Positions 8,536 through 18,920 are shown, counted from the stretch's first letter. The stretch is DNA of 64,000 nucleotides from Erysipelotrichaceae bacterium (GCA_021209625.1 JAJOHZ010000026.1:6951-70950); one strand, 5' to 3'. The notes: a model not told the origin generated them from the sequence alone. Translations and numbers: made by a program.

Positions 8536-9265
8536 AAAACACCTCCTTAAGCGTCAATCCTTTCGCTTCTGCTTTATATCGACTCATGCCTTTTTGTTTG
8601 GCTTCTAGAACCTCTGAGATGAAGGTCATTGATTCTTTTCCAGAACCAATCGCAATCAATACCCCCACCATCATACGCACTTGATATTGAAGAAAGGCTT
8701 TTCCTTTAACATGAATCTGAATCACTTCATCATTAAAGATCACCTCACACGATTGTATCGTTCTGACTTGATTTTGCTTAAGTGCTTTTGGGGTCACATT
8801 AAACCCTGTAAAATCATGCGTACCGATAAAAGCTTGGGCTGCTTCTTTCATTCTTATTGCATCCAATGGATACTTATGAAAATATTCACTCATGTATTGC
8901 TTAACTTGATAATTTTTTTGACGAATCGTATAAACATAATGTTTTGATGTGACACTGTAACGTGCGTGAAATGATTCATCCACAATTTTAACGTCTTGAA
9001 CATGAAGATCATCTGGACAATGGGCATTAATGGCTTTAAGCCACGCTGCCTCACTCAAATGTTTATTGACATCCACGTGAGCCACATAATGATCAGCACT
9101 CACTTGTTTATCCGTTCGTCCACATCCCACAACACAGACTTTTTCCTTAACAATAGGAAAAAAAGCATTTTCCAATGTCTCTTGCACAGTGCGCTTGTGA
9201 GCCATCTTTTGCCATCCCTCAAAATGATATCCAAGAAAAGACAACGTCAGTTTTAAACGAACCAT
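8528..9265 (-). CDS. truA: tRNA pseudouridine(38-40) synthase
   Basis: Reads MVRLKLTLSFLGYHFEGWQKM...GCGRTDKQVSADHYVAHVD (catalytic Asp motif GRTDxGVHA-like). I chose ATG 9265; the track ORF extends further upstream. The position after ecfT matches Bacillus. Confidence 0.85.
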   Translation of the reverse strand: MVRLKLTLSFLGYHFEGWQKMAHKRTVQETLENAFFPIVKEKVCVVGCGRTDKQVSADHYVAHVDVNKHLSEAAWLKAINAHCPDDLHVQDVKIVDESFHARYSVTSKHYVYTIRQKNYQVKQYMSEYFHKYPLDAIRMKEAAQAFIGTHDFTGFNVTPKALKQNQVRTIQSCEVIFNDEVIQIHVKGKAFLQYQVRMMVGVLIAIGSGKESMTFISEVLEAKQKGMSRYKAEAKGLTLKEVFYD

Positions 9266-10052
9266 GCTAAGGTAACCACACTCGCAAGAATCAAGCAGAC
9301 AAGTACAAAGGAAATCCAATCTTTCATTGTTATCTTCAACTGTTTATAGCGTGTACGTATTGAAGTAGGTGAATATCCCCGTGCTTCCATCGCATCCGCT
9401 AACTCTTCAGCTCTTTGAAAACTTGAGACAAAGAGTGGAACAATCAAGGACAATATAGCTACAATCTTTTCATTGATTTTCCCTTCACTCAAATCAACAC
9501 CACGTGAGGCTTGAGCTTTCATGATGCGTTGTGACTCTTCAATGAGGGTTGGAATAAAACGTAAAGCAATTGAAATCATCATCGCAATTTCATGGGCTGG
9601 GACTTTGAATCGTTTAAACGGAGCGAGTAAATCTTCAATTCCTAGCGTTAAATCAAGAGGTTTAGTGGTAGCAGTTAAGAGTGTAGTGATCATGATCATG
9701 AGCAGTAAACGAACCACAATGTAAGCAGTTTGAAATAAAGCATCACTGTATACCAGTAATCCAAATAAGTTAATAACAACATATCCCTTCTTAATACAAA
9801 GACATTAATGACCAATAAGAACACTAGCATCAACATTACGGGTTTGAGTGATTTAAGGATAAATCCAAATTTTAAACGAGATAGTAAGACTAAACTTACC
9901 GCAATTATCCCAATAACACCATACCCAGCAAAACGAGCAGGTAAGAATATCGCTATCATTAATAACAGCATATTCACAATTTTAATACGAGGATCTAAAC
10001 GATGGATAATGGAATTGGTTGGGATGTAGCGTCCTAATGCAATGTTAGTCAT
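9253..10052 (-). CDS. ecfT: ECF transporter transmembrane component EcfT, split by one frameshift in this sequence
   Basis: ORF 9696..10052 (MTNIALGRYIPTNSIIHRLDPRIK..) plus ORF 9253..9717 (..TTKPLDLTLGIEDLL..ALRFIPTLIEESQRIMKAQASRG..) together make a typical ~266-aa EcfT. The span is 800 nt. Confidence 0.85.
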
Positions 10053-11700
10053 GACGTTGTCCCTCCTTGATGGAGCGAGCGAGTTTATCCAAATCTAATG
10101 TGTGATCATCAAAAGTAATGTTTTTTGCTTTTAAGTATGAGCGAAGCTCAAGAAGTGGTGGTTTAACTAATCCATACCCTTCATGAAGATTGGTTTCATT
10201 AAAGAAATCATCTTTACTTCCCTCAAATACCACACTTCCTTGATCAAGCATGATGACATCAGTTGCATAGTTTAACACATGATTCAGGTCATGAGTAATC
10301 ATCACAATGGTTGTATTGGCTTTGTTAAGGTCTTGAAACAAGGACATCATGGAAGCACTGCCTTCAGGATCAAGTCCTGCAGTAGGTTCATCTAATACCA
10401 GAATTTTTGGTTTTAAAGCCAAAATTCCCGCAATCGCAACACGACGTTTTTGACCTCCAGACAGTTCTAAAGGTGAACGTTCGTAAAATGAAGCATCTAA
10501 GCCGACTCGATTCAATGATTCTTGCGCAATGTCTTGTGCTTCGAGCTGCGTCGCACCAAAATTGAGAGGACCAAACATCACATCCTTCAGAATGGTTTCT
10601 TCAAATAATTGGTATTCAGGAAATTGGAACACTAAACCTACTTTCTTTCTAAGTGGTTTAAGTTCTTTCACTTTCTCATTAGCACTGATACGTTTACCAT
10701 CAACCACTAGTGAACCACCTGTAGGAGTCACAAGAGCATTGAAATGTTGAACAAGAGTGGACTTACCACTACCTGTCGCACCAATGATAGCCGTAAAGGA
10801 CCCCTCTTTAATTGAAGTGGTGACTTCTTTTAAAGCATGATAGGCAAACACCGAATTAGGAGAATATTCATAGGATAGTTTCTCAACATCAATAATCATA
10901 GGTGTTCTACCCATCCCTTCTAATGTCGTTTGAGGAACATCAATTCCAACTGATTTTAAAGCATATTTAAATTTTAATGCAAATGGAATATCCAACTTAA
11001 TTGATTTCAATAATGCCTCTTGAGCCAATACCTCATGAGGATGTCCATAATCTAACACTTGACCTTCATTCATCACATAAACCACATCTGATTGATAAGC
11101 TTCCTCAATGTCATGAGTGATGGATATGATGGTCATGTTGGTTTGTTCATGAAGCTGTTTTACCAAATCATTCACTTCAGCTTTGCCTTTAGGATCAAGC
11201 ATCGATGTTGCTTCATCCAAGATTAAGATTTGGGGAGCCATGCTTAAAGCACCCGCAATCGCAACACGCTGTTTTTGACCTCCACTTAATTTAGTGGGTT
11301 CAAAATTCAAGTAATCACTCATTCCTACTGCGGAGGCAAAACGTTCAATGATTCCATCCATTTCTTTTGGATCAACTCGATGATTTTCAAGACCAAACGC
11401 AATATCATCCCTCACTGTTGAGCCAATGAATTGATTATCTGGATTTTGAAAGACAAGTCCGACTTTAGAACGTATTTCATCCACATTCTCTAAATTTAAC
11501 GGTAATCCATCCACTATGATTTCACCATGAGAGGTTTGAAGAAGTCCAATGATGCATTTAGCAATGGTACTTTTACCTGATCCATTATGACCCACAATTG
11601 TGACATACTTCCCTTGAGGAATGCTTAAAGAGACATTGCTAAGTGCTAAGTCAGTGTTGTTGTAGGAAAAGGATATATTTTTAATTTCAATAATCGACAT
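10045..11700 (-). CDS. ecfA: ECF transporter ATPases EcfA1 and EcfA2 read as one continuous ORF (two complete ABC domains)
   Basis: There are two Walker A motifs (GHNGSGKST; GATGSGKST), two LSGGQK signatures and two Walker B motifs (ILILDEATS; ILVLDEPTA). The second domain begins at ATG 10899 (MIIDVEKLSYEY). The first starts at ATG 11700 (MSIIEIKN) after GAGGAA. Confidence 0.85.
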   Translation of the reverse strand: MSIIEIKNISFSYNNTDLALSNVSLSIPQGKYVTIVGHNGSGKSTIAKCIIGLLQTSHGEIIVDGLPLNLENVDEIRSKVGLVFQNPDNQFIGSTVRDDIAFGLENHRVDPKEMDGIIERFASAVGMSDYLNFEPTKLSGGQKQRVAIAGALSMAPQILILDEATSMLDPKGKAEVNDLVKQLHEQTNMTIISITHDIEEAYQSDVVYVMNEGQVLDYGHPHEVLAQEALLKSIKLDIPFALKFKYALKSVGIDVPQTTLEGMGRTPMIIDVEKLSYEYSPNSVFAYHALKEVTTSIKEGSFTAIIGATGSGKSTLVQHFNALVTPTGGSLVVDGKRISANEKVKELKPLRKKVGLVFQFPEYQLFEETILKDVMFGPLNFGATQLEAQDIAQESLNRVGLDASFYERSPLELSGGQKRRVAIAGILALKPKILVLDEPTAGLDPEGSASMMSLFQDLNKANTTIVMITHDLNHVLNYATDVIMLDQGSVVFEGSKDDFFNETNLHEGYGLVKPPLLELRSYLKAKNITFDDHTLDLDKLARSIKEGQRHD

Positions 11701-12079
11701 GAATAAGTTCCTCACAATGAATCGTAGTGTTTTGGTGTGCTAAAGTAGATAGATTATTTAAAAGCTGTTGTTTTTCTTCAATTGATTGAATCACCATTTC
11801 TATCTTGATTTGCTCTTCATTCACTTCAAGAAGTGAATAATCTCCTTTAATGTGTGATAAAGGTTTAAGAGGATCATCAAGATAAGACAATGTCACAAGT
11901 AGTTTTAAAGGTAATGTGGCTTCCATTAAAACAGGGAAATCAATGTTTACTTCTTTCTTTTGATGTAATGATATTGTTGTCTTTTCTTGCTTCTTAAAAC
12001 GTGAACGTGATACTAAACCACGCATGCTTTCAAGAAATGAAACAAGTTTTAGTTGCTTTATTTTTACAGATGATTTCAT
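11687..12079 (-). CDS. Hypothetical protein (130 aa); no family recognised
   Basis: An open frame that overlaps the upstream methyltransferase stop (ATGA) and the downstream ecfA start, which suggests translational coupling. I recognise no motif. Confidence 0.45.
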   Translation of the reverse strand: MKSSVKIKQLKLVSFLESMRGLVSRSRFKKQEKTTISLHQKKEVNIDFPVLMEATLPLKLLVTLSYLDDPLKPLSHIKGDYSLLEVNEEQIKIEMVIQSIEEKQQLLNNLSTLAHQNTTIHCEELIHVDY

Positions 12080-12687
12080 TGTACTATTTTACCATAAAAG
12101 TGGGTGTCATGGGGTTTATGAGTGATTTTCAACAGTCCATCACCAACATCCAACTTCTCAACATTCACATAAGCATGTTGCTTAATCCACGATTCAAATT
12201 CACTGATTTTATGAATCATTTTCTTAAATTGACGTGAGCGATGTTGAATGTCTTCATCTCTCGCACCGTGAAAATCGATATTATCAATAAGCATACAACC
12301 CGAAGGCTTCAAAAAAGGGAAAAAGCGTTGAAAGAAACGTTGGTTGGAAGCTTTAGCCCCATCAATGATAATACAATCATACATTTGATGCGGTGAATAC
12401 TCAAATGCATCAGTGCAAATCATTTTAATTTGATTACGTTGATCAAGAAGTGATTTATATTTAATGGCTTCTTCATAACGATCTTCATCTTTTTCTAGTG
12501 TAGTGATGGATAAATTTTCATGTTTATGAGCTAGCGATAAACTTGAAAATCCTATGGCAGTTCCAATTTCAAGAACACTAAAACAGTGATGCAAGGTTAT
12601 TTCCTTGGAAATAGCCTCAATAGTATCATCACTCATAATAGGAATATCAGTAATCAGTGCGATTTGCTTTAAATCATGTAGGTTCAT
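12076..12687 (-). CDS. Class I SAM-dependent O-methyltransferase (family 3, YrrM/TrmR-like)
   Basis: Contains VLEIGTAIGFSSLSLA (SAM motif I), ..DCIIIDGAKA.. and ..GCMLIDNIDFHG.., typical of caffeoyl-CoA-type O-methyltransferases. I see no SD sequence upstream of ATG 12687. Confidence 0.65.
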   Translation of the reverse strand: MNLHDLKQIALITDIPIMSDDTIEAISKEITLHHCFSVLEIGTAIGFSSLSLAHKHENLSITTLEKDEDRYEEAIKYKSLLDQRNQIKMICTDAFEYSPHQMYDCIIIDGAKASNQRFFQRFFPFLKPSGCMLIDNIDFHGARDEDIQHRSRQFKKMIHKISEFESWIKQHAYVNVEKLDVGDGLLKITHKPHDTHFYGKIVQ

Positions 12688-12691
12688 AAAG

Positions 12692-12716
12692 TAAAAAAAG
12701 CGGCATAGGCCGCTTT
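12692..12716 (-). terminator. Rho-independent terminator after rplQ
   Basis: The minus strand reads AAAGCGGC-CTAT-GCCGCTTT followed by T7. The stem starts inside the TAA stop. Confidence 0.75.
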
Positions 12717-13078
12717 TAGACTAATTCAATAATGGCCATAGGCGCAGCATCACCACGGCGAACACTTGTTTTAATTACACGAGTGTATCCACCTTGACGT
12801 TCTGCATAACGAGGTCCAAGTTCATCAAATAGTTTTTGTAATGCTAATTGACCAGTTTCTTCATTGGCAACAACATTAAACATTTTCTTCGCTGCTTGAC
12901 GACGAGCATGTAAGTCACCACGTTTTGCAAGGGTGATTAACTCATCAACCACACTACGAAGTTCTAATGCCTTGTGTTCAGTGGTTTCAATGCGTCCCGC
13001 AATGATTAAACTTGTTGCTAAATTACGAAGCAAAGCCTTGCGATGATCAGCAGTACGACCGAGTTTACGATTTTGCAT
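12716..13078 (-). CDS. rplQ: 50S ribosomal protein L17
   Basis: Reads [25 protein letters not shown]... in the conserved alpha-operon position. Confidence 0.97.
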   Translation of the reverse strand: MQNRKLGRTADHRKALLRNLATSLIIAGRIETTEHKALELRSVVDELITLAKRGDLHARRQAAKKMFNVVANEETGQLALQKLFDELGPRYAERQGGYTRVIKTSVRRGDAAPMAIIELV

Positions 13079-13095
13079 AGGTTCTCTCTCCTGTC

Positions 13096-14058
13096 TTATT
13101 CATACGATTTAAAGCCAAGCCCCATATCATGAAGTTTGTCTTTAACTTCTTTAAGTGATTTTTTACCAAGATTACGTACTCTCATCATGTCTTCTTCAGT
13201 TCTCATGGTGAGTTCTTCAACTGTTTGAATACCAGCACGTTTGAGACAGTTGTATGAGCGAACAGAAAGGTCTAAGTCTTCAATCATCATGACTAATCCT
13301 TTGTTGTTTGCATCACTTGTGCCATCTTTCATGACTGAATCCATGTCAGCAACGCTTTCTTGAATGTTTGTAAAGATTTCTAAGTGATCGGTGAGGATCT
13401 TAGAACCCAAGGACAATGACATTTGTGGTGTGATTGAACCATTGGTAGTGATTTCCATAATGAGACGATCATATTTAGTGTCTTGTCCAACACGAGTTGG
13501 CTCAACAGTGTATGATACTTTCTCAATCGGTGTGTAAACAGCATCAGTGAAAATAGTTCCTACACCAAAGGATGAACCAGCATAGAGCTGTTTATTGGTG
13601 TCAGCACTAACGTAGCCACGTCCAATACGTGCTTTCATTTCCATTTTGAGTTCGCCACCTTCTTCAAGGGTCGTAATCACATGGTTTTTATTGAGCACTT
13701 CAACGTTGGCAGGGCAGTAAATATCCCCCGCAGTAACAACTTTAGGACCTTTTTCATTGATTTGTAGAGTATAGACATCATTTTCATCTGAAATTTTTAA
13801 TACAAGATCTTTAAGGTTAAGGATGATGGTTGTTACATCATCTTCAACACCAGAAATTGCAGTGAATTCGTGGTATACATTGTCTATTTTGATGGAATAC
13901 ACAGCCGCACCAGGAAGGGATGAAAGTAATACACGACGAAGTGCATTCCCAATGGTCGTTCCAAAACCGCGTTCAAACGGTTCAATCACGAATTTCCCAT
14001 AGTGGTCTGATTCAACGTATTCTTTAACTTCAATTTTGGCACGTTCGAATTTTTGCAT
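13096..14058 (-). CDS. rpoA: DNA-directed RNA polymerase alpha subunit
   Basis: Contains ..[25 protein letters not shown].. and the C-terminal ..[16 protein letters not shown].. motif. Confidence 0.97.
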   Translation of the reverse strand: MQKFERAKIEVKEYVESDHYGKFVIEPFERGFGTTIGNALRRVLLSSLPGAAVYSIKIDNVYHEFTAISGVEDDVTTIILNLKDLVLKISDENDVYTLQINEKGPKVVTAGDIYCPANVEVLNKNHVITTLEEGGELKMEMKARIGRGYVSADTNKQLYAGSSFGVGTIFTDAVYTPIEKVSYTVEPTRVGQDTKYDRLIMEITTNGSITPQMSLSLGSKILTDHLEIFTNIQESVADMDSVMKDGTSDANNKGLVMMIEDLDLSVRSYNCLKRAGIQTVEELTMRTEEDMMRVRNLGKKSLKEVKDKLHDMGLGFKSYE

Positions 14059-14080
14059 ACCAACCTCCTATTGTTGTGTT

Positions 14081-14476
14081 TTATCCACGTGGACGTTTTG
14101 GTGGGCGGCAACCGTTATGAGGGACTGGAGTCACATCATTAATTGCGCTAATGTCTAAGCCAGCAGTTTGTAATGCACGAACTGCAGCTTCACGTCCTGG
14201 ACCTGGACCCTTAACATTAACTTCTACAAGCTTTAAGCCATGATCCATCGCTGCTTTAGCAGCAGCTTCAGATGCGACTTGAGCAGCAAATGGTGTTGAT
14301 TTACGTGAACCTTTGTAACCTAATGCACCTGCACTTGACCAAGCAATAACATTGCCTGTTTCGTCTGTGATGGTAACAATCGTGTTATTAAAAGTTGAGT
14401 GAATGTGTGCAACACCACGGGCAATATTCTTACGAACACGTTTTTTACGTGCTGTTGGTTTTGTTGTCTTTGCCAT
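14081..14476 (-). CDS. rpsK: 30S ribosomal protein S11
   Basis: Contains ..[28 protein letters not shown].. Confidence 0.97.
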   Translation of the reverse strand: MAKTTKPTARKKRVRKNIARGVAHIHSTFNNTIVTITDETGNVIAWSSAGALGYKGSRKSTPFAAQVASEAAAKAAMDHGLKLVEVNVKGPGPGREAAVRALQTAGLDISAINDVTPVPHNGCRPPKRPRG

Positions 14477-14492
14477 TTAATTGTCCTCCACT

Positions 14493-14858
14493 CTATTTCT
14501 TCTTGTTAGCTACAGTACGACGTGGTCCTTTACGTGTACGAGCATTTGTTTTAGTACGTTGTCCACGTACTGGTAGACCTTTACGATGACGAAGACCACG
14601 GTATGCACCAATTTCCATTAAACGTTTCACGTTTAAAGAAATTTCACGACGTAAATCTCCTTCAACTTTTATTTTTTCGACGAGAACACGAATTGCATTG
14701 ATTTGCTCTTCGCTCAAATCTTTTACACGGATATCTTCGGAAATCTCAGCTTCTGCTAAGATTTTTTGTGCGAGTGGTTTCCCAACTCCGAAAATGTATG
14801 TTAGTGATATTACGACACGCTTATCGCGTGGAATATCGACACCTGCTATACGAGCCAT
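14493..14858 (-). CDS. rpsM: 30S ribosomal protein S13
   Basis: Reads [26 protein letters not shown].. Confidence 0.97.
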   Translation of the reverse strand: MARIAGVDIPRDKRVVISLTYIFGVGKPLAQKILAEAEISEDIRVKDLSEEQINAIRVLVEKIKVEGDLRREISLNVKRLMEIGAYRGLRHRKGLPVRGQRTKTNARTRKGPRRTVANKKK

Positions 14859-14876
14859 TGTTGCGAGTTCCTCCTA

Positions 14877-14990
14877 TTAACCTTGTCTTTGTTTGTGTTT
14901 AGGGTTTTCACAAATTACCATTACGCGTCCGTTACGCTTAATGATGCGGCACTTATCGCACATCGGTTTGACTGATGGTCTGACTTTCAT
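14877..14990 (-). CDS. rpmJ: 50S ribosomal protein L36
   Basis: Below the ORF-track size cutoff. My translation is [37 protein letters not shown], followed by a stop. Confidence 0.95.
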   Translation of the reverse strand: MKVRPSVKPMCDKCRIIKRNGRVMVICENPKHKQRQG

Positions 14991-15007
14991 GTGTTTTTCT
15001 CCCTAGA

Positions 15008-15226
15008 CTATTTATGTCTAAATGTTATGCGGCCACGTGTTAAATCATACGGTGAGATTTCAACGGTAACACGATCACCTGGTAAAATGCGTATGTAATG
15101 CATGCGGATTTTACCAGAAACGTGGGCCAGTATTTCGTGACCATTGGTTAGTTTCACCTTAAACATTGCTCCTGGCAATGTATCTTCAATGATGCCTTCA
15201 ACTTCTATAACGTCTTGTTTTCCCAT
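15008..15226 (-). CDS. infA: Translation initiation factor IF-1
   Basis: Reads [53 protein letters not shown].. Confidence 0.97.
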   Translation of the reverse strand: MGKQDVIEVEGIIEDTLPGAMFKVKLTNGHEILAHVSGKIRMHYIRILPGDRVTVEISPYDLTRGRITFRHK

Positions 15227-15246
15227 AGAGTTCCTTTCTTAATGAA

Positions 15247-15993
15247 TTAAAGTGTTGTTAGAATTTCATATCCGTTGTCGCTTACAACAACTGTGTGCTC
15301 AAAGTGGGCACTCAGTGAACCATCTTTTGTGTTCACAGTCCACCCATCCATGAGTGTGATGGTTTGTGGTTTTCCCACATGAACCATAGGTTCAATCGCT
15401 AATGTCATTCCTGACCTTAGAATTGGACCTGTGCCACGAGTACCAATGTTAGGAATGGAAGGATCCTCATGAAGTGATGATCCAATACCATGCCCTGAAT
15501 ACTCAATTGGTAGTGAGAATCCAAAGGAAGTGACATATTCCCCAATGGCATAACTCACATCACCAAGATGGACACCTGGTTGTATTTTTGATAAACCAAC
15601 AAATAATGAATTTTTGGTGACTTCTAACAATTTCTTCGCTTCATCAGAAATTTCACCAACAGGATACGTCCATGCGCTATCCCCATGATACCCTTTGTAA
15701 TTTGCTCCAATATCAATGGATACAATATCACCTTCCACAAGTGGTTTGTGGTTAGGGAACCCATGAACCAAGGTCTTGTTGACCGAGGCACAAACGGCGT
15801 ACGGGAAGCCTCCATATCCTTTAAAGGATGGAGTCGCATTGTTTTCGATGATCACACGCTCTACAGCGTCATTGATTTCTTTGGTTGTAACACCAGGTGC
15901 GATCATCGATGCAACTTTCTGATGAGCTAGAGCCACAATCCGGCCTGCTTCTCTCATAAGTTGAATTTCACGTTGCGATTTAGTGGTAATCAT
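15247..15993 (-). CDS. map: Methionine aminopeptidase type I
   Basis: Contains ..GDIVSIDIGANYKGYHGDSAWTY.., ..GHGIGSSLHE.. and ..EPM... ATG 15993 overlaps the adk TGA (ATGA). Confidence 0.93.
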   Translation of the reverse strand: MITTKSQREIQLMREAGRIVALAHQKVASMIAPGVTTKEINDAVERVIIENNATPSFKGYGGFPYAVCASVNKTLVHGFPNHKPLVEGDIVSIDIGANYKGYHGDSAWTYPVGEISDEAKKLLEVTKNSLFVGLSKIQPGVHLGDVSYAIGEYVTSFGFSLPIEYSGHGIGSSLHEDPSIPNIGTRGTGPILRSGMTLAIEPMVHVGKPQTITLMDGWTVNTKDGSLSAHFEHTVVVSDNGYEILTTL

Positions 15994-16640
15994 TGGACCT
16001 TCTCCAAAGCAGCCTTCACATCTAACCAAACAAGGTCAATGTTCTTCGTTGCGTCAACATACTTAACCAGTCCTTTGTACCCATAATAATCCAGGACAGG
16101 TTTAGTAAGAAAGACGTGCTCTTTTAAGCGAACCACCAATTGATCAAGGGTATCATCACTACGATGAACAAGTGTTGAACCACAATAATCACAGGTATTC
16201 TCTACTTTAGGCGGAAGGTATTCTAAGTTAAAGATGGCTTTACAGTTCTCACACATACGTCTATCGATGACGCGATGGATGAGGGCATCAAGTTCAACTG
16301 ATAAGTTTAAAACAATCTGCACTGGTTTACCAATCTTCTTTGCAATATCCTCGAAAGCCACAGCTTGCACTAAGGTACGAGGATAACCGTCCAGCAAATA
16401 TCCTTTTTGACAGTCAGGTTGGTTAAGACGCTCTTGAATCATCGCAATAGTAATATCATCAGGAACTAAAAGTCCTTTGTCGATGTATTTCTTTGCTTGA
16501 AGACCCAATGGCGTTTCCGCTCTCATGGCATCACGAAACATGTTTCCCGTTGAAATATGAGGAACATCATAAAGTTCTACAATTTTCTTCGACATGGTCC
16601 CTTTACCAGAGCCCGCTGCACCCATAATCAGAATATTCAT
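15990..16640 (-). CDS. adk: Adenylate kinase (with a Cys4 zinc-lid motif)
   Basis: Reads MNILIMGAAGSGKGT.., with lid residues CENC...CDYC. Confidence 0.96.
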   Translation of the reverse strand: MNILIMGAAGSGKGTMSKKIVELYDVPHISTGNMFRDAMRAETPLGLQAKKYIDKGLLVPDDITIAMIQERLNQPDCQKGYLLDGYPRTLVQAVAFEDIAKKIGKPVQIVLNLSVELDALIHRVIDRRMCENCKAIFNLEYLPPKVENTCDYCGSTLVHRSDDTLDQLVVRLKEHVFLTKPVLDYYGYKGLVKYVDATKNIDLVWLDVKAALEKVQ

Positions 16641-16649
16641 GTTCAGTCC

Positions 16650-17939
16650 TTAACGTGACACAAAGCCACGATATTGCTTTTGTGTTAGTCGTCCTTGAAG
16701 ATCTTTCACTGTTTCCATTGCGACACCGACCACGATGATGATCCCTGTACCACCCACTGAAACTGAGTTCGGTAGATTAGTCACCATTGGAATCACATAC
16801 GGTAATGCTGCAATGAAACTTAAGAAAATTGCTCCAAGTACGGTAATACGATTGAGTACTTTACCAACATACTCTTTGGTTTCATTACCTGGACGAATAC
16901 CTGGAATGTATGTTCCACTCTTAGATAAGTTGTCTGATATCTTCTCTGGATCAACTTGCAAATTCGTATAGAAGAATGTGAAGAAGACAATTAGAGCGAT
17001 ATAGATGCTTAATCCGATCGGTTGTGAAACATTAAGAATGGTTGATAATGTTTGGAAGAATTCACCTTGATTAAAGAAGGATAATACAGTGACAGGTGCA
17101 GTCATGATTGCGGAAGCAAAGATCACTGGAATCACACTGGCTGAGTTAATCTTCAATGGTAAGAAAGTGATTTCTTGATTTGATTTTCTTACACTGGACG
17201 AAGTGTATTGAATCGGAATCTTTCTCACTGCAGTTGACATGAAGATGACCAAGATAATAATGGCAACATACATCAAGATAAAGAGTGAGAAGTTAAGTAC
17301 ACCACCAAAGATGGCAGCACTTGAACTTGTATCCACTAAAGTTTGGAACGCTTGAGAGAATCTGAATGGAATGTCTGAGACAATCCCAGCAAAGATAATC
17401 ATTGAAATCCCGTTACCAATCCCAAAGGATGAGATACGATCCGCTAACCATAACAAGAACATTGTTCCAGCCGTAATAACGACAGTGACATACATGTAGG
17501 TTGCAGGTCCAGGATTGCTAAGAATTCCATAGTTAATGTGGAAAGCGTAAGTCAAGGTAAACCCTTGAACTAAAGCTAAGACTAAAGCAAAGTAGCGAGT
17601 AATGCGATCAAGCTTCATTTTGCCTTGTGCTCCGGATTTTGTCATTTCAGTTAAAGCTGGAATAACATCCATCGCTAATAGTTGCACAATAATGGACGCC
17701 GTAATGTAAGGACCAATCCCCATTGAGAAGATGGAAAACTCTTGAAGAGCTCCTCCTCCCAATAGGTTAATCATCCCTAAAATGGAGTCATCGGCAAACT
17801 GACCAATAAGTCGTGTGCTATCTACCATCGGAGCAGTGATGTTCGTCCCAAGACGGTAAACAAAGAAAATTGCGAGTGTAAAGAAAATTCGACCTCGAAT
17901 ATCTTTGTTTTTAAACATATCCACGAGTAGTTTGATCAT
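16650..17939 (-). CDS. secY: Preprotein translocase subunit SecY
   Basis: A 10-TM protein with ..FSMGIGPYITASIIVQLL.. in the conserved spc-operon position. Confidence 0.96.
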   Translation of the reverse strand: MIKLLVDMFKNKDIRGRIFFTLAIFFVYRLGTNITAPMVDSTRLIGQFADDSILGMINLLGGGALQEFSIFSMGIGPYITASIIVQLLAMDVIPALTEMTKSGAQGKMKLDRITRYFALVLALVQGFTLTYAFHINYGILSNPGPATYMYVTVVITAGTMFLLWLADRISSFGIGNGISMIIFAGIVSDIPFRFSQAFQTLVDTSSSAAIFGGVLNFSLFILMYVAIIILVIFMSTAVRKIPIQYTSSSVRKSNQEITFLPLKINSASVIPVIFASAIMTAPVTVLSFFNQGEFFQTLSTILNVSQPIGLSIYIALIVFFTFFYTNLQVDPEKISDNLSKSGTYIPGIRPGNETKEYVGKVLNRITVLGAIFLSFIAALPYVIPMVTNLPNSVSVGGTGIIIVVGVAMETVKDLQGRLTQKQYRGFVSR

Positions 17940-17940
17940 A

Positions 17941-18381
17941 TTAGATCACCACGACACTTCCGCCTGCCTTTTCAATCACAACTACCGCTGATTTTGAAAA
18001 TTTGTTGGCTTTGACAGTTAACTTCTTAGAAAGTTCTCCATTACCTAAAATCTTTACGCCATCTAATGTCTTCTTAATAATTCCAGCTTCGATGAGTAAC
18101 TCAACAGTAACCACTGTTCCATTTTCAAAGACATCAAGAGAGCTGACATTAACGATAGCGTATTCTTTGCGAGTGTAGTTAGTGAATCCGCGTTTTGGAA
18201 TACGACGGAATAATGGAGTTTGTCCCCCTTCAAATCCAAGTGGGACCCCTCCACCACTACGAGCATTTTGTCCTTTATGACCTTTACCCGCAGTCTTACC
18301 TTGGCCAGAACCTTGTCCACGACCTAGGCGTTTACGAGAGGAGCGAGCTCCTTCGGTGTATTGTAATTCATGTAGTTTCAT
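17941..18381 (-). CDS. rplO: 50S ribosomal protein L15
   Basis: Reads [38 protein letters not shown].. Confidence 0.97.
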   Translation of the reverse strand: MKLHELQYTEGARSSRKRLGRGQGSGQGKTAGKGHKGQNARSGGGVPLGFEGGQTPLFRRIPKRGFTNYTRKEYAIVNVSSLDVFENGTVVTVELLIEAGIIKKTLDGVKILGNGELSKKLTVKANKFSKSAVVVIEKAGGSVVVI

Positions 18382-18392
18382 GCGTTCTCTCC

Positions 18393-18920
18393 TTAACCGC
18401 GAATCTCGGCAATTTTCTTCTCGCGAAGTTTTGCTACAGATTTTACAGTTTTCAATTGAGTTAATGCCTCAAAAGTAGCACGAACCATGTTGATTGGAGT
18501 ACGAGATCCTAAGTTTTTAGACAAGACATCCGTAACTCCTGCAAGTTCTAATACAGCACGAACTGCACCACCTGCGATAACTCCTGTCCCTTCAGCTGCT
18601 GGACGTAAGAATACTGATCCTGCGCCGAAGTTTCCAGTGATTGCATGTGGAATAGTCGAGTTGTTTACGATAGGTACAACAACTAAGTTGCGTTTTGCAT
18701 CTTCAATTGCTTTTTTAATTGCATCAGGAACTTCGTTTGCTTTACCCGTTCCAAAACCAACACGTCCTTTTTTATCACCAATGACCACTAATGCTGAGAA
18801 GCGGAAACGACGTCCCCCTTTAACAACTTTAGTGACACGGTTGATGGTGACAACACGTTCTTCAAATTCTTTAACTACTTCTCTTCTTACGAAGGTTCTT
18901 GGTTGTTTATTGTTTTCCAT
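18393..18920 (-). CDS. rpsE: 30S ribosomal protein S5
   Basis: Contains ..[28 protein letters not shown].. Confidence 0.97.
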   Translation of the reverse strand: MENNKQPRTFVRREVVKEFEERVVTINRVTKVVKGGRRFRFSALVVIGDKKGRVGFGTGKANEVPDAIKKAIEDAKRNLVVVPIVNNSTIPHAITGNFGAGSVFLRPAAEGTGVIAGGAVRAVLELAGVTDVLSKNLGSRTPINMVRATFEALTQLKTVKSVAKLREKKIAEIRG

